From: an uncultured virus (IMG/VR IMGVR_UViG_3300042308_001603) | Lineage: Duplodnaviria; Heunggongvirae; Uroviricota; Caudoviricetes | Length of the DNA stretch: 64,000 nucleotides | Virus record (IMG/VR): IMGVR_UViG_3300042308_001603 | Direction: 5' to 3' (one strand) | In this document: positions 19,035 to 32,016 of the stretch, one piece after another | Layout of the letters: the number at the start of each line of letters is the position of its first letter | Numbering within the stretch: the stretch's first letter is position 1 | Notes under the pieces: model-generated | The model's input: the letters and a program-made list of their open reading frames with translations, nothing else | Database searches by the model: none | Told to the model about the DNA's origin: nothing | Translations under genes and position numbers: made by a program

Positions 19035-19988
19035 TTATATAAGAGTTGATTTGTTGCATAACTCTTTTTTATCTTTATATGGACAATACATGCAATTAGA
19101 TTTACTAGGTTGTGGTTGGTGGTCTGTGAATTTGTATGAACCATCTAAATTAAATGCTTCATCAATAAATGTATCTAATGCTGCTTTTGATTTTTTTACT
19201 TTTGTTTTACCATTTGCAGGAGCAAATATCTGTACACGTTTTTGAGGAAATTCACTTTCTTCCCATATTTTACGCTTTACAATAAAGAATTCAACATCGA
19301 TGTTTTCTTCAGGAACTCCAAATTGTTCACTAAAAAATGATTTATAAAGTAGTATTTGGAATTGTTTAATTTCGTCTTTCTTTTCTTTATCTCCCCACCC
19401 ACGAGTACTTGTTTTTATATCGTAGATAACGAATTTATTTGTTCCTTCATGATACATTACTAAGTCAATGAAGCCGTTGAATAAAACGTTGTTATGTGTT
19501 TTATTTGGCGCTATAACGATGGGGATCTCGATTCCTACTAAATGCCATCCTTTAATACTAAAGTATTCGCCTCGTCTTTTTTTGATGAAGTCTAGAATTG
19601 CTAATCCATCATCATAAAATTCTCTCATTTCCTCTGAGTTACTGAAATGGATATTTTTGTTGTCTTTGTATCCTTTAGAGTAAGTTTCTCTAAATCTATC
19701 TTCAAAGTATTCTTCTATGTTTATTCTGTCTGCTTGTACTCCACTTTCATTGTACATTACAGATAAATAGTTTTGTAATGTTTCGTGTAAGGCGGTTCCA
19801 AAAGTCATGTTGATAGAAAAACTAGGTACTTTATGTCCATCTCTGTATTGTAATGCCCATTTTTTAGGGCATTGCAAATACATTGACATTTGAGAATAGG
19901 AAATAGTTTTTTGAAACGCGTAGTTTATTTCCTGTGGTTTGTAGTTTTGGATTTGTTTTATTGTAGATGGTAGTTTACTTTTAGCCAT
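19035..19988 (-). CDS. PD-(D/E)XK exonuclease, Cas4/RecB-like with four-Cys cluster
   Basis: SYSQ...CP, GFIDLV, YDIKT, Q...Y, CMYCPY....C. Confidence 0.88.
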   Translation of the reverse strand: MAKSKLPSTIKQIQNYKPQEINYAFQKTISYSQMSMYLQCPKKWALQYRDGHKVPSFSINMTFGTALHETLQNYLSVMYNESGVQADRINIEEYFEDRFRETYSKGYKDNKNIHFSNSEEMREFYDDGLAILDFIKKRRGEYFSIKGWHLVGIEIPIVIAPNKTHNNVLFNGFIDLVMYHEGTNKFVIYDIKTSTRGWGDKEKKDEIKQFQILLYKSFFSEQFGVPEENIDVEFFIVKRKIWEESEFPQKRVQIFAPANGKTKVKKSKAALDTFIDEAFNLDGSYKFTDHQPQPSKSNCMYCPYKDKKELCNKSTLI

Positions 19989-19989
19989 A

Positions 19990-20337
19990 CTATTTTTTCC
20001 ATAATCCTCTCTCTACTAATTGAGCAATAATACCATAGTTAGTAATATCTTGGTATGTGTCAACTAGTGGTTCATTTTTACCTATTTGTTTAGTAATGAT
20101 AAGATTTTTCCATCTATTTACTTTATCTGATAAGCGATACCAGAGTCCAGTTAATGCAAAGTCTTTTTCTTCATCGTTTGCTAATTGAGTACCAGCAGCG
20201 ATATTTGACATTCCATAGTCTATGTGCTTACGTGCAAACAATGTATATTGTTCTTTCATTATTTGTTTGTATCCAGCTGCTATAGTTGGATATTCTTTTT
20301 CTAGCTGTTCAATAACAGACATTTCTTCTTTAGCCAT
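19990..20337 (-). CDS. DUF1599 / nucleotide-modification-associated domain protein
   Basis: KHIDYG, RLSDKVNR, E...DTYQDITNYGII. Confidence 0.75.
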   Translation of the reverse strand: MAKEEMSVIEQLEKEYPTIAAGYKQIMKEQYTLFARKHIDYGMSNIAAGTQLANDEEKDFALTGLWYRLSDKVNRWKNLIITKQIGKNEPLVDTYQDITNYGIIAQLVERGLWKK

Positions 20338-20789
20338 TACTTTAATAGTTTTTTAATTTCTTTTTCTTCAATTCCTTTTTTAATTAAAATATCTTCTACA
20401 CCTTCTTTCCTCAATAAAGAAATATATTCATCTGCTTCACCTAAAGAACATTCAAAATGTTCAGATACATATTTTAGTAATTCAGAATTAGTAGATTTTT
20501 TGCTGTTTGGTCTAATGTAAGGCGAGTAAGTATTTTTTGATTTAGGAATCATCCAACAATATACTTCATACAACTTTTTATTATCTTTAATATTTAATCC
20601 TTGAACGTAATTAACAACTTCAACATATTTAGGATTCATACTTAATGTTTTATTCATCATGTATCCATTGAATTCTTTTTGTTGTTCAGGAGTAAATGTA
20701 TCCCAAGATGGTTTAGTATCAATAATTGCTTTTACAAAGTCAAATATTGAAAACAATTTTGGTTTAGATGGTTTTATTGTACTCTTCAT
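20337..20789 (-). CDS. Clamp loader small subunit (T4 gp62-like)
   Basis: FNGYMMNKTLSM, HFECSLGEADEY; near the gp44-like gene. Confidence 0.7.
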   Translation of the reverse strand: MKSTIKPSKPKLFSIFDFVKAIIDTKPSWDTFTPEQQKEFNGYMMNKTLSMNPKYVEVVNYVQGLNIKDNKKLYEVYCWMIPKSKNTYSPYIRPNSKKSTNSELLKYVSEHFECSLGEADEYISLLRKEGVEDILIKKGIEEKEIKKLLK

Positions 20790-21015
20790 ATTCTTCTCTT
20801 AATTCTTTAGGAAGTAATTCAATTAATATTTTTCCTGTTTTAGTATCAATAAATACTGGGATTGGAATAACTGCATCTTCACTTGTGCCTGTTAAAAATT
20901 TACTAATTTTTCTTAGTACTGTTACTTCTTGGAAGATTTGTCCTCCGTCTTCAGATTTGATTGGGGTGGATTGTTTTATATCCACATTCATTTTCATTTG
21001 TTGTTCTTGATTCAT
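20764..21015 (-). CDS. Hypothetical protein
   Basis: ORF track. Confidence 0.75.
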   Translation of the reverse strand: MNQEQQMKMNVDIKQSTPIKSEDGGQIFQEVTVLRKISKFLTGTSEDAVIPIPVFIDTKTGKILIELLPKELREEYEEYNKTI

Positions 21016-21021
21016 ATTTAT

Positions 21022-21942
21022 TTATTTTATTGTTTCTAGGATTTTACTAATACAAGCCATTATGTTTATTTCTTTATCTAGTCTAAATGTAGCATGGTAC
21101 ATATACTCTTCTAAGTAACATATAACTATACCTTCATTTCCATTAGCGTATTCATTTAATTTATCGTACAAAAATTTATATAAATCCTCAAAATTATCTG
21201 TATCTGAATTTGCAATAATTTGTCTAATGTTATTAAACGATTTAATGGATGGTTTCTTTAATTCAGCCAATAAAGCATCTTTATAGTCATCAGTTGAATT
21301 AGACATTGTATCTAATTTTAAAGCACCATCTATAGTATATTTTTGACAGTTATTAATGATTTTTCTAAAGTCAGGATAGAATTTATTTACAATAGTAACT
21401 AGATCCTCTACTTCATATTCAATTTCTTCTTTATCTAAAATACGACTAATGTATTGTGCAACTACTTTTTTAGTAGGAGGAGATAAATCAAATTCTTGCA
21501 ATCTACTTCTTAGTGGTTCAATTAAGCGTTCTGGATAGTTACCTGTAAGTATAAAACGAGTAGTTAAACTATATGTTTCCATCATATTTAACAAAATAAC
21601 TTGTGATGCTTGAAGTATATGAGTTGCTTCATCTAGAATCACTACTTTAAGTGGTTTAAATGAACCAGCAGCAGCAAATGCTCCTACTTTATCTCTCATT
21701 ACTTCTATTGAACGTTCATCAGTTGCATTAATATACAAATAATCACAATCAATATTTTTAGTTAATATTTTAGCAATTGTTGTTTTACCAGCACCTGGTT
21801 TCCCAAAGAATCCTAGGTGTGGGATATCTTGATTTTTGATGAATTCTTCAAATTTAGATTTATATTCATCTTTACAAATGTATCCTTCTAGAGTGTCAGG
21901 ACGGTAACGTTCATTTAGGATGGTGTGTAACTTTTTTGACAT
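21022..21942 (-). CDS. Clamp loader AAA+ subunit (RFC/gp44-like)
   Basis: ERYRP, GKPGAGKTT, ILDEA, LRSR. Confidence 0.93.
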   Translation of the reverse strand: MSKKLHTILNERYRPDTLEGYICKDEYKSKFEEFIKNQDIPHLGFFGKPGAGKTTIAKILTKNIDCDYLYINATDERSIEVMRDKVGAFAAAGSFKPLKVVILDEATHILQASQVILLNMMETYSLTTRFILTGNYPERLIEPLRSRLQEFDLSPPTKKVVAQYISRILDKEEIEYEVEDLVTIVNKFYPDFRKIINNCQKYTIDGALKLDTMSNSTDDYKDALLAELKKPSIKSFNNIRQIIANSDTDNFEDLYKFLYDKLNEYANGNEGIVICYLEEYMYHATFRLDKEINIMACISKILETIK

Positions 21943-21981
21943 AACTTTTATTTTTAATATACGATTTAGAGTTTTGAAATC

Positions 21982-22239
21982 CTAATAATCTCCATAAATA
22001 TTGAATTTTTTAGCTGGTGGAGGAGGTGGTGGAGCTACTTCTTCAGTAGTAATCATATACAACTCTCCTTTTAAAGGTGCTAATCTAAATTCACATTTGG
22101 TTTGTGTTTGTTGAAAATACGCTTCTAGTGTTTCAGTTAAACTATTGTGAACATCTTTTGCAAAACCATCAACTAGCGACCAGCGGTCCCCAGGAGGGAC
22201 ACGCTGTGCTATTAATATATTTTTTTCTACTTTTTCCAT
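21982..22239 (-). CDS. Hypothetical protein
   Basis: ORF track. Confidence 0.75.
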   Translation of the reverse strand: MEKVEKNILIAQRVPPGDRWSLVDGFAKDVHNSLTETLEAYFQQTQTKCEFRLAPLKGELYMITTEEVAPPPPPPAKKFNIYGDY

Positions 22240-22240
22240 A

Positions 22241-24671
<2,431 letters not shown>

Positions 24672-24681
24672 AGATTTTTAA

Positions 24682-24975
24682 TTAATCATTAATAACTGCT
24701 AATACTTGATTTTCACTACATGACCAATATTCTTGACCATCCAATTCTACTTTAGATACTCCAACTGCGGGTAGTACCACTTGTTGTCCTTCTTTGAGTG
24801 TTGAAGTAACAAATTGACCGGTTGCACAGTAGTAGCCAGGACCTACAGATACAATTGTACCACGTAATCCTTTTTCTTTTCCTAAATCGGGTACTACTAT
24901 AGAGCCGTAGGTTATTTCTTCCTCGTCTAGAGGCTTAACGATAATGCTGTTAAATACAGCTTGTAATTTTGACAT
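24682..24975 (-). CDS. groES: Co-chaperonin GroES
   Basis: IIVKP, GSIVVPD, GTIVSVGPG, VLAVI. Confidence 0.93.
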   Translation of the reverse strand: MSKLQAVFNSIIVKPLDEEEITYGSIVVPDLGKEKGLRGTIVSVGPGYYCATGQFVTSTLKEGQQVVLPAVGVSKVELDGQEYWSCSENQVLAVIND

Positions 24976-25008
24976 AGATTTTATTTTTTATAACTTTGTT
25001 TACTCGTA

Positions 25009-25039
25009 TAAATATATTAACTTTCAGTTGGTTGTCCAA
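25009..25039 (-). promoter_or_regulatory. Promoter TTGG-N19-TATATTTA upstream of groES
   Basis: Consensus match. Confidence 0.6.
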
Positions 25040-25244
25040 GCTCTAAATTATCTTCTTCAACAATTTGTGCTTCTTCCACTTTTTGTAAAAAATATAATAA
25101 TCCTTCTTTTTTTACTACCATATCCGCTTGTAAGTGTTCTCTCCAATCATCTATGATTGGTTTTGATTCTTCTTTAATTGTTCTTTTAACTACATACAAA
25201 TCATTATTGTAAGTAATAAATTGTCTTACTAATGTAAACATCAT
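25017..25244 (-). CDS. Hypothetical protein
   Basis: ORF track. Confidence 0.7.
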   Translation of the reverse strand: MMFTLVRQFITYNNDLYVVKRTIKEESKPIIDDWREHLQADMVVKKEGLLYFLQKVEEAQIVEEDNLELGQPTES

Positions 25245-25981
25245 ATATCTTTTTTAACTAAATAATAAACACTTTTTATTGTATCTGTTTCGAATTCTAA
25301 TTTCATTAATCCTTCTAAATTAATAGACATTTTGGATTTAGTAGCTTCTTTATTGAAATTTAATATTTCTTTAATCAAATCCGAATTAAATCCTAATGAA
25401 AAACTTGATGGTACATCTTTTTGTACAAAATCAGATAAAAAATAAGAAACTTTATTTGCGTATTCTATATCTCCTCCAAATACCATTTCTAATTGAAAAT
25501 CACCATCCAAACTTATTGTTGGTGATAACATAACTGTAGTACTTTCAGGTAATGCTGATTTAGCTTTAATTAATGCAACTATAATTTCATTATTTAATTC
25601 AGTTTCTAAATTGTATTCGTTTGATCCGTTGTAGGCTCCTGCTTTAGGTATAGTTAAAATATCTGCTAAAGTGTAGTTAACTGTAAATTGATTATCGGAT
25701 ACTATTAATTTTGATGGTGTTTTACCTTGTTGAATATAATTTAACAATACATCTCCTGCTGTTATACTAATTAATTTTAGTAATTGTGATGTATTACTAA
25801 TACCAACAGATGAGTCAGGTAATGGGAAGTTTTGGTATGTAATTTCACCAAGCATTTCTCTGGTTGGGGATGTAAATTTAATACTTAGGTTTTTACTTTT
25901 AATATCCCATTTAACAGCTTCAATAAGCCCGTTTAGGTAATATTTATTAATAACTGCTTGTAATTCGAATTTTTGTATCAT
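25241..25981 (-). CDS. Sliding clamp (gp45/PCNA-like)
   Basis: 246 aa, directly downstream of PolB, C-terminal GLMKLEF...YYL; clamp loader nearby. Confidence 0.7.
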   Translation of the reverse strand: MIQKFELQAVINKYYLNGLIEAVKWDIKSKNLSIKFTSPTREMLGEITYQNFPLPDSSVGISNTSQLLKLISITAGDVLLNYIQQGKTPSKLIVSDNQFTVNYTLADILTIPKAGAYNGSNEYNLETELNNEIIVALIKAKSALPESTTVMLSPTISLDGDFQLEMVFGGDIEYANKVSYFLSDFVQKDVPSSFSLGFNSDLIKEILNFNKEATKSKMSINLEGLMKLEFETDTIKSVYYLVKKDI

Positions 25982-26001
25982 AACTTTAATATATGTAATT
26001 T

Positions 26002-28590
26002 TTAGTTAAAAGCAAAGAATTTTTCAACATTTGGATTAAGAGACGGAAATTCCCAAGAAAGATCAAGATAAAGATTTCTCAACTTATTACCTAATAACGA
26101 TTGAAATATTTCCTCAACATCAATATATATTTTAACAAATTCCTCAATTTCAGGAGGTACTTGAGCGTTTGGTAAACCAATTGTTTCTAAGTTGTAAGGA
26201 TTTTGTTTTAAATTAATAATGAACAATTTATCGCCTTCAATTATAGATTCGTATTTTTTATCCAAACGTTTAAATTTAAGTAAATCATTGTAACGCACTG
26301 CTGCTTTTGAATTTGCTGGGGCTTTTAATCTAAATGAACTAAACATTTCTCCAGTACGAGCTGGTATGTGATAGTTGGCTATTTGTTTTACTCCAGTTGG
26401 TTTACCTAATACTCTAGGATCTAATGTACGTAATGATTTATAAAAGGTAACTATTTCTTTATCTATTTCGTTTTTAGGTTTACCAAACAATATATTTTTA
26501 ATAAAGTCCTCTCCAAATTTTTTAAATAATTTATTCATATTGGATTTCATTAGTTCAAGCCCTTTCATATCTAATTCTTCTACAGAAACACCTTCTTTAT
26601 TAGTAACATACATTGCATACCTTCGTTTACCTGTTGTAAGTACACTAGCACAAATTACTTCTTGCTTTAATTGGAAGTAGTGAGTGTTTGGTTTAATGTT
26701 GTATAAACTTTTACAAATACGATTCAAATCAGCGTTTGCTTCATTTTGAATTTCTTGAGCTAATTTAAGTATTTTATCGTTTTTTTCTTCAGGTGGGAGG
26801 TTTGGGTATCTATGATTCAATAAATCACCCAACACAATATACATTGAATCTGTATCGCTAATGCAAACATGTTGTTTTTCTGTGTCTAGTTCAGTGTTTA
26901 TTTTATTATTTACAAAATCAATTGATTCACAAGTTAATCTTTGTCCTGAATTAGTAATAGCAGCACTACAAATTAATTGACCATCAGTATATCTCCATCC
27001 ATGGATAGCAAATGTACCATACATTGCGTTTTGTAAGATTTTAAATGCGTGTTGGAATAAATCATACAATTTATAGTTTGCCCAATCCTCTTCTTTACCT
27101 GCTTTTTTCTTTAAATCTCTATAATGCTCTCGTTTATCAAACCATCCTGCTAAAATAGTTGATACAACACTTTTTTCATCAGTTCTAAACATAGCACCTG
27201 ATGCTGCTATTGTTAAATTATTATCTTCAATTAATTTTATTAGATTTTTTAAAGTAATTTTAGTTGATTTAGTTATATAATTTATTTTGTCTAGTTTTTC
27301 AATAATAACTATTTCTTCAGGATCTCTTTCTTTAAGTTTTTCTAATGAATGGTTTTGTTCATAAGTTGGGTTATGATCTACTTTAATTCTACCTACCAAT
27401 GTTTCAATACCTAAATTAAGTGATTTAATAATTGAAGGATATAGTGAGGTAAAGTCTAAATCAATTACATCAAAATACAAACCAGGAATTGGTTCTAGTA
27501 AATAACCACCAGCATAACTCTCCTTAACATTTTTTAAGGAAGGGTTATGTGTGGTTGGTTTGTTCGGCGAAACAATGCCTTCACGTTTAAGGTATTTCAA
27601 AATAGCACCCTCATTCATTACTGTGTTATAATAAATACTCTCATAAGGTATATTACATATATGAGAAATCATTATAGTTAATTCAATGAATTTAAGTTTT
27701 TCTTCTAATTTTTCAATAATTTCAACGTCTCGTAAGTTATAATCAATAAATTTATTTATATCGCTTTTAAATAATGTATTTAAGTTACCTTCATATTCTA
27801 TTTTACCTAACCCAACATATTTAGTTCCTATATCCCCTAATTTATATGATGATTCTTCCTTCATAATGTATTTTTTATGAAGCAACATGTAATCTAAGTG
27901 ATTAATTCCTCCTATAGTGATTTGTGTTTCACCAGCAAAATCTCTTATGTTAATCTTTTTGATTGGAGATAAACGTAATACTTCTTCTTCCCCCACTACT
28001 TGTTTTAATCTGTAGTAAATATAAGGTATATCAAAATAAGCACTGTTCCATCCTATTACAATTGTAGGATCTAGTTCTTCCCATTTATCTAAAAAACGTC
28101 TAATTAATTCTTTTTCTGAATGGCAAGGAATAATTAATTTACCATCTTGATTTGTTTCTTGAATTTCTTTGCTTTTATCTACAACAAAACATATTTTTGT
28201 TTTTGTAGTCATATCTATTAAAGCAATAGAAGTGATTGGCATAGGAGCAGCTTTAACATATTCAGGTGTTAATGCTCCCCCCATTTCAATCTCAATATCC
28301 AGATGAACAATATTGTGCCATTCAGGAACAACATCATCAAATTTATAGTACAATTCTCTTAATACAACTAATTCTTTACTAATATCTTTTTCTAATAAAT
28401 TAGTATCTTCTTTGTTGAATTTTTTAGTAGGAACAGCCCATCCACCTGTTAATATAGGTTGAGCATTCTCTTGCCATTCATCAACTCGTTTCCAATAAGT
28501 AGGTTGGTATTGAAAATCGGACCACCCAGCTTTATCATCACGAAGATAGTAAGTGTAAGTTTGATAATCGTAATAAATTGATTGATACAA
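26002..28590 (-). CDS. polB: Family B DNA polymerase
   Basis: Exo DIE, GWNSAYFD, YNLRD; pol DFTSLYPS, K...N.MYG, SDTDS; TTG start. Confidence 0.97.
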   Translation of the reverse strand: MYQSIYYDYQTYTYYLRDDKAGWSDFQYQPTYWKRVDEWQENAQPILTGGWAVPTKKFNKEDTNLLEKDISKELVVLRELYYKFDDVVPEWHNIVHLDIEIEMGGALTPEYVKAAPMPITSIALIDMTTKTKICFVVDKSKEIQETNQDGKLIIPCHSEKELIRRFLDKWEELDPTIVIGWNSAYFDIPYIYYRLKQVVGEEEVLRLSPIKKINIRDFAGETQITIGGINHLDYMLLHKKYIMKEESSYKLGDIGTKYVGLGKIEYEGNLNTLFKSDINKFIDYNLRDVEIIEKLEEKLKFIELTIMISHICNIPYESIYYNTVMNEGAILKYLKREGIVSPNKPTTHNPSLKNVKESYAGGYLLEPIPGLYFDVIDLDFTSLYPSIIKSLNLGIETLVGRIKVDHNPTYEQNHSLEKLKERDPEEIVIIEKLDKINYITKSTKITLKNLIKLIEDNNLTIAASGAMFRTDEKSVVSTILAGWFDKREHYRDLKKKAGKEEDWANYKLYDLFQHAFKILQNAMYGTFAIHGWRYTDGQLICSAAITNSGQRLTCESIDFVNNKINTELDTEKQHVCISDTDSMYIVLGDLLNHRYPNLPPEEKNDKILKLAQEIQNEANADLNRICKSLYNIKPNTHYFQLKQEVICASVLTTGKRRYAMYVTNKEGVSVEELDMKGLELMKSNMNKLFKKFGEDFIKNILFGKPKNEIDKEIVTFYKSLRTLDPRVLGKPTGVKQIANYHIPARTGEMFSSFRLKAPANSKAAVRYNDLLKFKRLDKKYESIIEGDKLFIINLKQNPYNLETIGLPNAQVPPEIEEFVKIYIDVEEIFQSLLGNKLRNLYLDLSWEFPSLNPNVEKFFAFN

Positions 28591-28618
28591 GTTTATTTTA
28601 TTTTAAATTTTATAATAT

Positions 28619-28649
28619 TGAATATACGAATTAAATTTTGTATTTCCAA
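28619..28649 (-). promoter_or_regulatory. Promoter TTGG-N19-TATATTCA for polB, embedded in the 3' end of the GIY-YIG gene
   Basis: Consensus match. Confidence 0.55.
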
Positions 28650-29353
28650 ATGAATCCATAAGCTGTTTTTATTTTTCCTTGACAACATTTAGTTATATTT
28701 GGATTTTTAGATCTATCGTTAAATATAATATCACATGCCTTAGTAATAGAAGGAAATTCTTGTATAAAATTTCTATTTAAATCATATTGGATAATAGGCT
28801 TTGATGTAAAATCATATTTTTTTCCTTTCAACTTTTCACTAATAATTTTTCCAAATCCTTCTGGTTTTGGTTTTTGGTTTTTTATATTAGGTTTATCTTT
28901 TAAATGGGCAGATCTTTTTAAAATATGTTCTTGGGTTTGTTTATATCCTTTTAAAGATTGACTTATATTTTTATTTCTACTTTCAGGGTAAATTTTATGT
29001 TTTCCCTTTACAGAATTTATAAAACGTTGAGTTTTAGGATATGAATATTTTTCTTTATTCTTTTTAGGAACTCTTAAATTTTTTCTTTGTTCTTCATCTA
29101 AATAAGAAGGACCACTTCCTCCTTTATTTTTATTTAAAACACTAAAATTCCACTGTTTAAATTGTTCAATCCAATAACATTCTAAAGGTTTCCAATCTTT
29201 TTTATCTAAAGAATTAATTTCATCTATAATAGTATATTTGATATTTTCTCCAAATGTATATTTGTGAGGATTATATCTACTATTAATGGTTTTCCCAATA
29301 TATACTTTGTTTGGATCTCCAAAACAATTTTCAATCAAATAAATTTTTGTCAT
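28631..29353 (-). mobile_element. Free-standing GIY-YIG homing endonuclease with NUMOD repeats
   Basis: KIYLI...VYIGKT..R, E..WI, N...GG; C-terminal NUMOD1-like PIIQYDL...TAYGFIWKY. Confidence 0.88.
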
Positions 29354-29395
29354 ATACTTTACTATCTAGTTATCGATAATAAATATGTAAGAGAT

Positions 29396-29899
29396 CTATT
29401 TTTTACATGAATTTATTTCATCCTCTGTAAAAAATTGGTTTAGATTTGGAGGAAAATAGTTTAAACTTTTCATAATTTTTTTATCATCTCTATATACAAC
29501 ATACCCATCTCCTACTTTTTCATAGTGACATGAACGACCTTGTTCTTGAGATCGCTTAATTACTGTTAATCGTGCTTCTTCTTCTGTTTTACAAACTTTA
29601 GATAAATTAGAGGCTTGTACTTCAGCATAACCTGGTTCAATTTTATCTTTTAAACCAAACACTAAAGCTCCATTTCCTAATCCTACATAAGTAATATCTA
29701 ATATAGCATCTAATACTCCTACTATATCATTTTCTTCTACTGCTTGTTTTAATTCATCAAGTTCTTCTTGAATAAAATTAATTACAAAATCAGCATCTGC
29801 TTTATCAATTGTTGGAGTAGTTCGATTTTGCCAACCTTTACCCATTACTTCATTAAATGTCTCTACTTCCGAGACAAACGGTACGTGTTTTTTTTCCAT
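29396..29899 (-). CDS. MazG-like / PRA-PH family NTP pyrophosphohydrolase
   Basis: IQEELDEL...DAILDITYV, EVQASNLSK; start trimmed to MEKKHV. Confidence 0.85.
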   Translation of the reverse strand: MEKKHVPFVSEVETFNEVMGKGWQNRTTPTIDKADADFVINFIQEELDELKQAVEENDIVGVLDAILDITYVGLGNGALVFGLKDKIEPGYAEVQASNLSKVCKTEEEARLTVIKRSQEQGRSCHYEKVGDGYVVYRDDKKIMKSLNYFPPNLNQFFTEDEINSCKK

Positions 29900-29903
29900 A
29901 TAT

Positions 29904-30038
29904 TTATTTTTTATCTTCTTCTTCATCAAATAAATCTTCACCTTTATAGTCAGGATAATTTTTATGCATATCATCTATTCCTCTAACCCAAAAAAAGGCT
30001 ATTACTGTTACTATTGCTAATGTTATTAAAAAAATCAT
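29904..30038 (-). CDS. 44-aa single-TM protein (MIFLITLAIVTVIAFFWVRGIDDMHKNYPDYKGEDLF...), not in ORF track
   Basis: Manual translation; ATGA overlap with upstream gene. Confidence 0.7.
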   Translation of the reverse strand: MIFLITLAIVTVIAFFWVRGIDDMHKNYPDYKGEDLFDEEEDKK

Positions 30039-30280
30039 AGGCTGTCAAGTTGTAGTTTTGGTTTTTCAATATATTTTATTTTTTCTACTTTTACTGTGTC
30101 GTACACAGTTATTTTTTCTTTTACTTGTACTTTTACTGTGTCGTAAAATTTAGGTTGTTCTGGTTCTGGTTCTGGGGTTCTATTTGCATATGAACTCATC
30201 AAAAACATTGTTAATATTACAATAATAGGACTTAATACTATAAAAAATCCTGTATAAAATAGGTTATTAAATTTGTTCAT
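30035..30280 (-). CDS. Small membrane-anchored protein
   Basis: N-terminal hydrophobic helix, repeated YDTVKV. Confidence 0.7.
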   Translation of the reverse strand: MNKFNNLFYTGFFIVLSPIIVILTMFLMSSYANRTPEPEPEQPKFYDTVKVQVKEKITVYDTVKVEKIKYIEKPKLQLDSL

Positions 30281-30683
30281 AAGTTAAATTTTTATAAATG
30301 TTAGTTAATGAATGTTTTACATTTGATCGAATTTCATTTTCCATTTTTTCTCTACGTTTTTCTACTTCAATATCAAATATTTTAGATATTCGTTCGAATG
30401 GTTTTCCCCAAATATCAATATTATAACTGTACTGATGGTTTACTATAGTAAGTTGTTTTGGTTCAATAATAATGAATATTTGATTATCATCACTTTTAAT
30501 ATATCGTTTTCCTGAAATTGGAGATATTAGCAATGCAGTATCTTTCTTTGCAATTAGATTTTTACAAATTGCTACACATTCTGTTTCATATTCGTTTTTA
30601 GGAATTGAACTTTTGTTTTGATTAGCCATACGATATACTTTAAGGGCTAACTTTTGAAATAATCTTTTAAATATATGTTTCAT
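30267..30683 (-). CDS. Hypothetical protein
   Basis: ORF track. Confidence 0.75.
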   Translation of the reverse strand: MKHIFKRLFQKLALKVYRMANQNKSSIPKNEYETECVAICKNLIAKKDTALLISPISGKRYIKSDDNQIFIIIEPKQLTIVNHQYSYNIDIWGKPFERISKIFDIEVEKRREKMENEIRSNVKHSLTNIYKNLTYEQI

Positions 30684-30698
30684 AACCTGTTTTGTTTT

Positions 30699-31304
30699 TT
30701 AATCCCACCAATGATTTATTTTTTCATTTAATACTTTAAACAATAATTTTTGACACTTTTCTTGATTATATTGACCTACATATAAACATAACCTACCTTT
30801 ATCATCTTCTTCTATCTCTAAACCTCTATACCCATTTTTAAGGATATGTCTAACAGAAGACTTATATTTACTTAAGTATTCATCATATCTTTCACTTATT
30901 ATTTCGTCCTTTAATTCATAAGTGTCTTGTCCTTCATATTGTTCCCCAGTAGGTTCGAATCTAAAATTTGACTCTACATAATCCAAATATTCACAAGCGT
31001 GGTACTCTTCTTGAATTAGTTCTATAAGATTTAAACAAATTGTAATATATCTGTTTGTATCTTCTATCCTTGTATGTCTATTTGCATTAACTAATTCTTT
31101 ACGTTGTTGGATTAATTTAAATTTTAACATTTCAAAAATGTAGTGGTCATCCCAATTCCTATCTTTGTAAATAATAGGAGCCCATTTAATAATATTTGAA
31201 ATACCATTAATAATTTCCTTTAACCAAATAGGAATATATGTTTTCCAGGTTTTTCTATTCCAAGCACTATCTTCAGGAATAGGAAGTGGTTTGTGAACTT
31301 TCAT
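30699..31304 (-). CDS. Hypothetical phage protein (C-terminal WWD motif)
   Basis: ORF track; promoter at 31325..31355. Confidence 0.75.
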   Translation of the reverse strand: MKVHKPLPIPEDSAWNRKTWKTYIPIWLKEIINGISNIIKWAPIIYKDRNWDDHYIFEMLKFKLIQQRKELVNANRHTRIEDTNRYITICLNLIELIQEEYHACEYLDYVESNFRFEPTGEQYEGQDTYELKDEIISERYDEYLSKYKSSVRHILKNGYRGLEIEEDDKGRLCLYVGQYNQEKCQKLLFKVLNEKINHWWD

Positions 31305-31338
31305 AACTTTAATTTTTATTTACTTAAATATAAGAAAG

Positions 31339-31360
31339 AAGACTTGGTAATCCAAGCCTT
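31339..31360 (-). terminator. Terminator AAGGCTTGG-ATTA-CCAAGTCTT plus T-rich tract, overlapping promoter 31325..31355
   Basis: Hairpin directly after endolysin stop; same architecture as the element in the 82-bp repeat. Confidence 0.75.
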
Positions 31361-31369
31361 TCTTTAATT

Positions 31370-31981
31370 TTATTTTACGTACCCATGATACTTTAAAGTA
31401 AGGGCTTTTCGATGATCTAAACCATTTGTACCACCATTGATTCGTTTAGTTAATGCTGTTATTGTAGCATCATCTACTCCTTTATCACAGATATCCCACA
31501 ATTTGTTTTTATCGAAGAAAAACATAGCTGATTCAAAAGCATATTCATTTGCTACTAAATCTGGATTAGTCATGATTTCTGGTTTGTTTAAGTATTTAGA
31601 AAATGCTTCATAATTTGATTTACCAGTTAATTGTAAAGCACCACGTCCACGAAATTTATATCCATCTCCACTTGCTTCTACTCCATTACCCATTCTATTT
31701 CCATAAACTAAATTAGCTATTTTTTCAGGATTGCGAGCATATCCTTCTGCTAATGTTCCTGGGAAATATTTAGGGAATATTTTTTTCAATCCATCAACTG
31801 AGTAATTTAAGTTTTCAGCAAATAATTTAAATTCACCTGTTTCGTGGCTTGTTTGAGCAAAGAAATGTGTTGCTCTTAAAGGTGTTAATTTGTAATAAGC
31901 CATTGCAGCTTTTAATGTTCCAGGACCAAATGCCCCGTCCGCTGTAACTCCAATTTTTGTTTGTAACGATTTTAAACTCAT
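31370..31981 (-). CDS. Endolysin, glycoside hydrolase family 19, with short N-terminal PG-binding motif
   Basis: LQ..IGVTADGAFGPGT; FFAQTSHET, ENLNYS, RGRGALQLTGKSNY, TKRINGG. Confidence 0.92.
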   Translation of the reverse strand: MSLKSLQTKIGVTADGAFGPGTLKAAMAYYKLTPLRATHFFAQTSHETGEFKLFAENLNYSVDGLKKIFPKYFPGTLAEGYARNPEKIANLVYGNRMGNGVEASGDGYKFRGRGALQLTGKSNYEAFSKYLNKPEIMTNPDLVANEYAFESAMFFFDKNKLWDICDKGVDDATITALTKRINGGTNGLDHRKALTLKYHGYVK

Positions 31982-32016
31982 AATTTATTATTTATTTGAT
32001 TATATTTTTTTAGTTG

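Noticed and set aside
19035..19988. Cas4-like nuclease as part of a CRISPR-Cas system
   Set aside because: No other cas genes or array; stand-alone Cas4-like exonucleases are common in phage replication modules.
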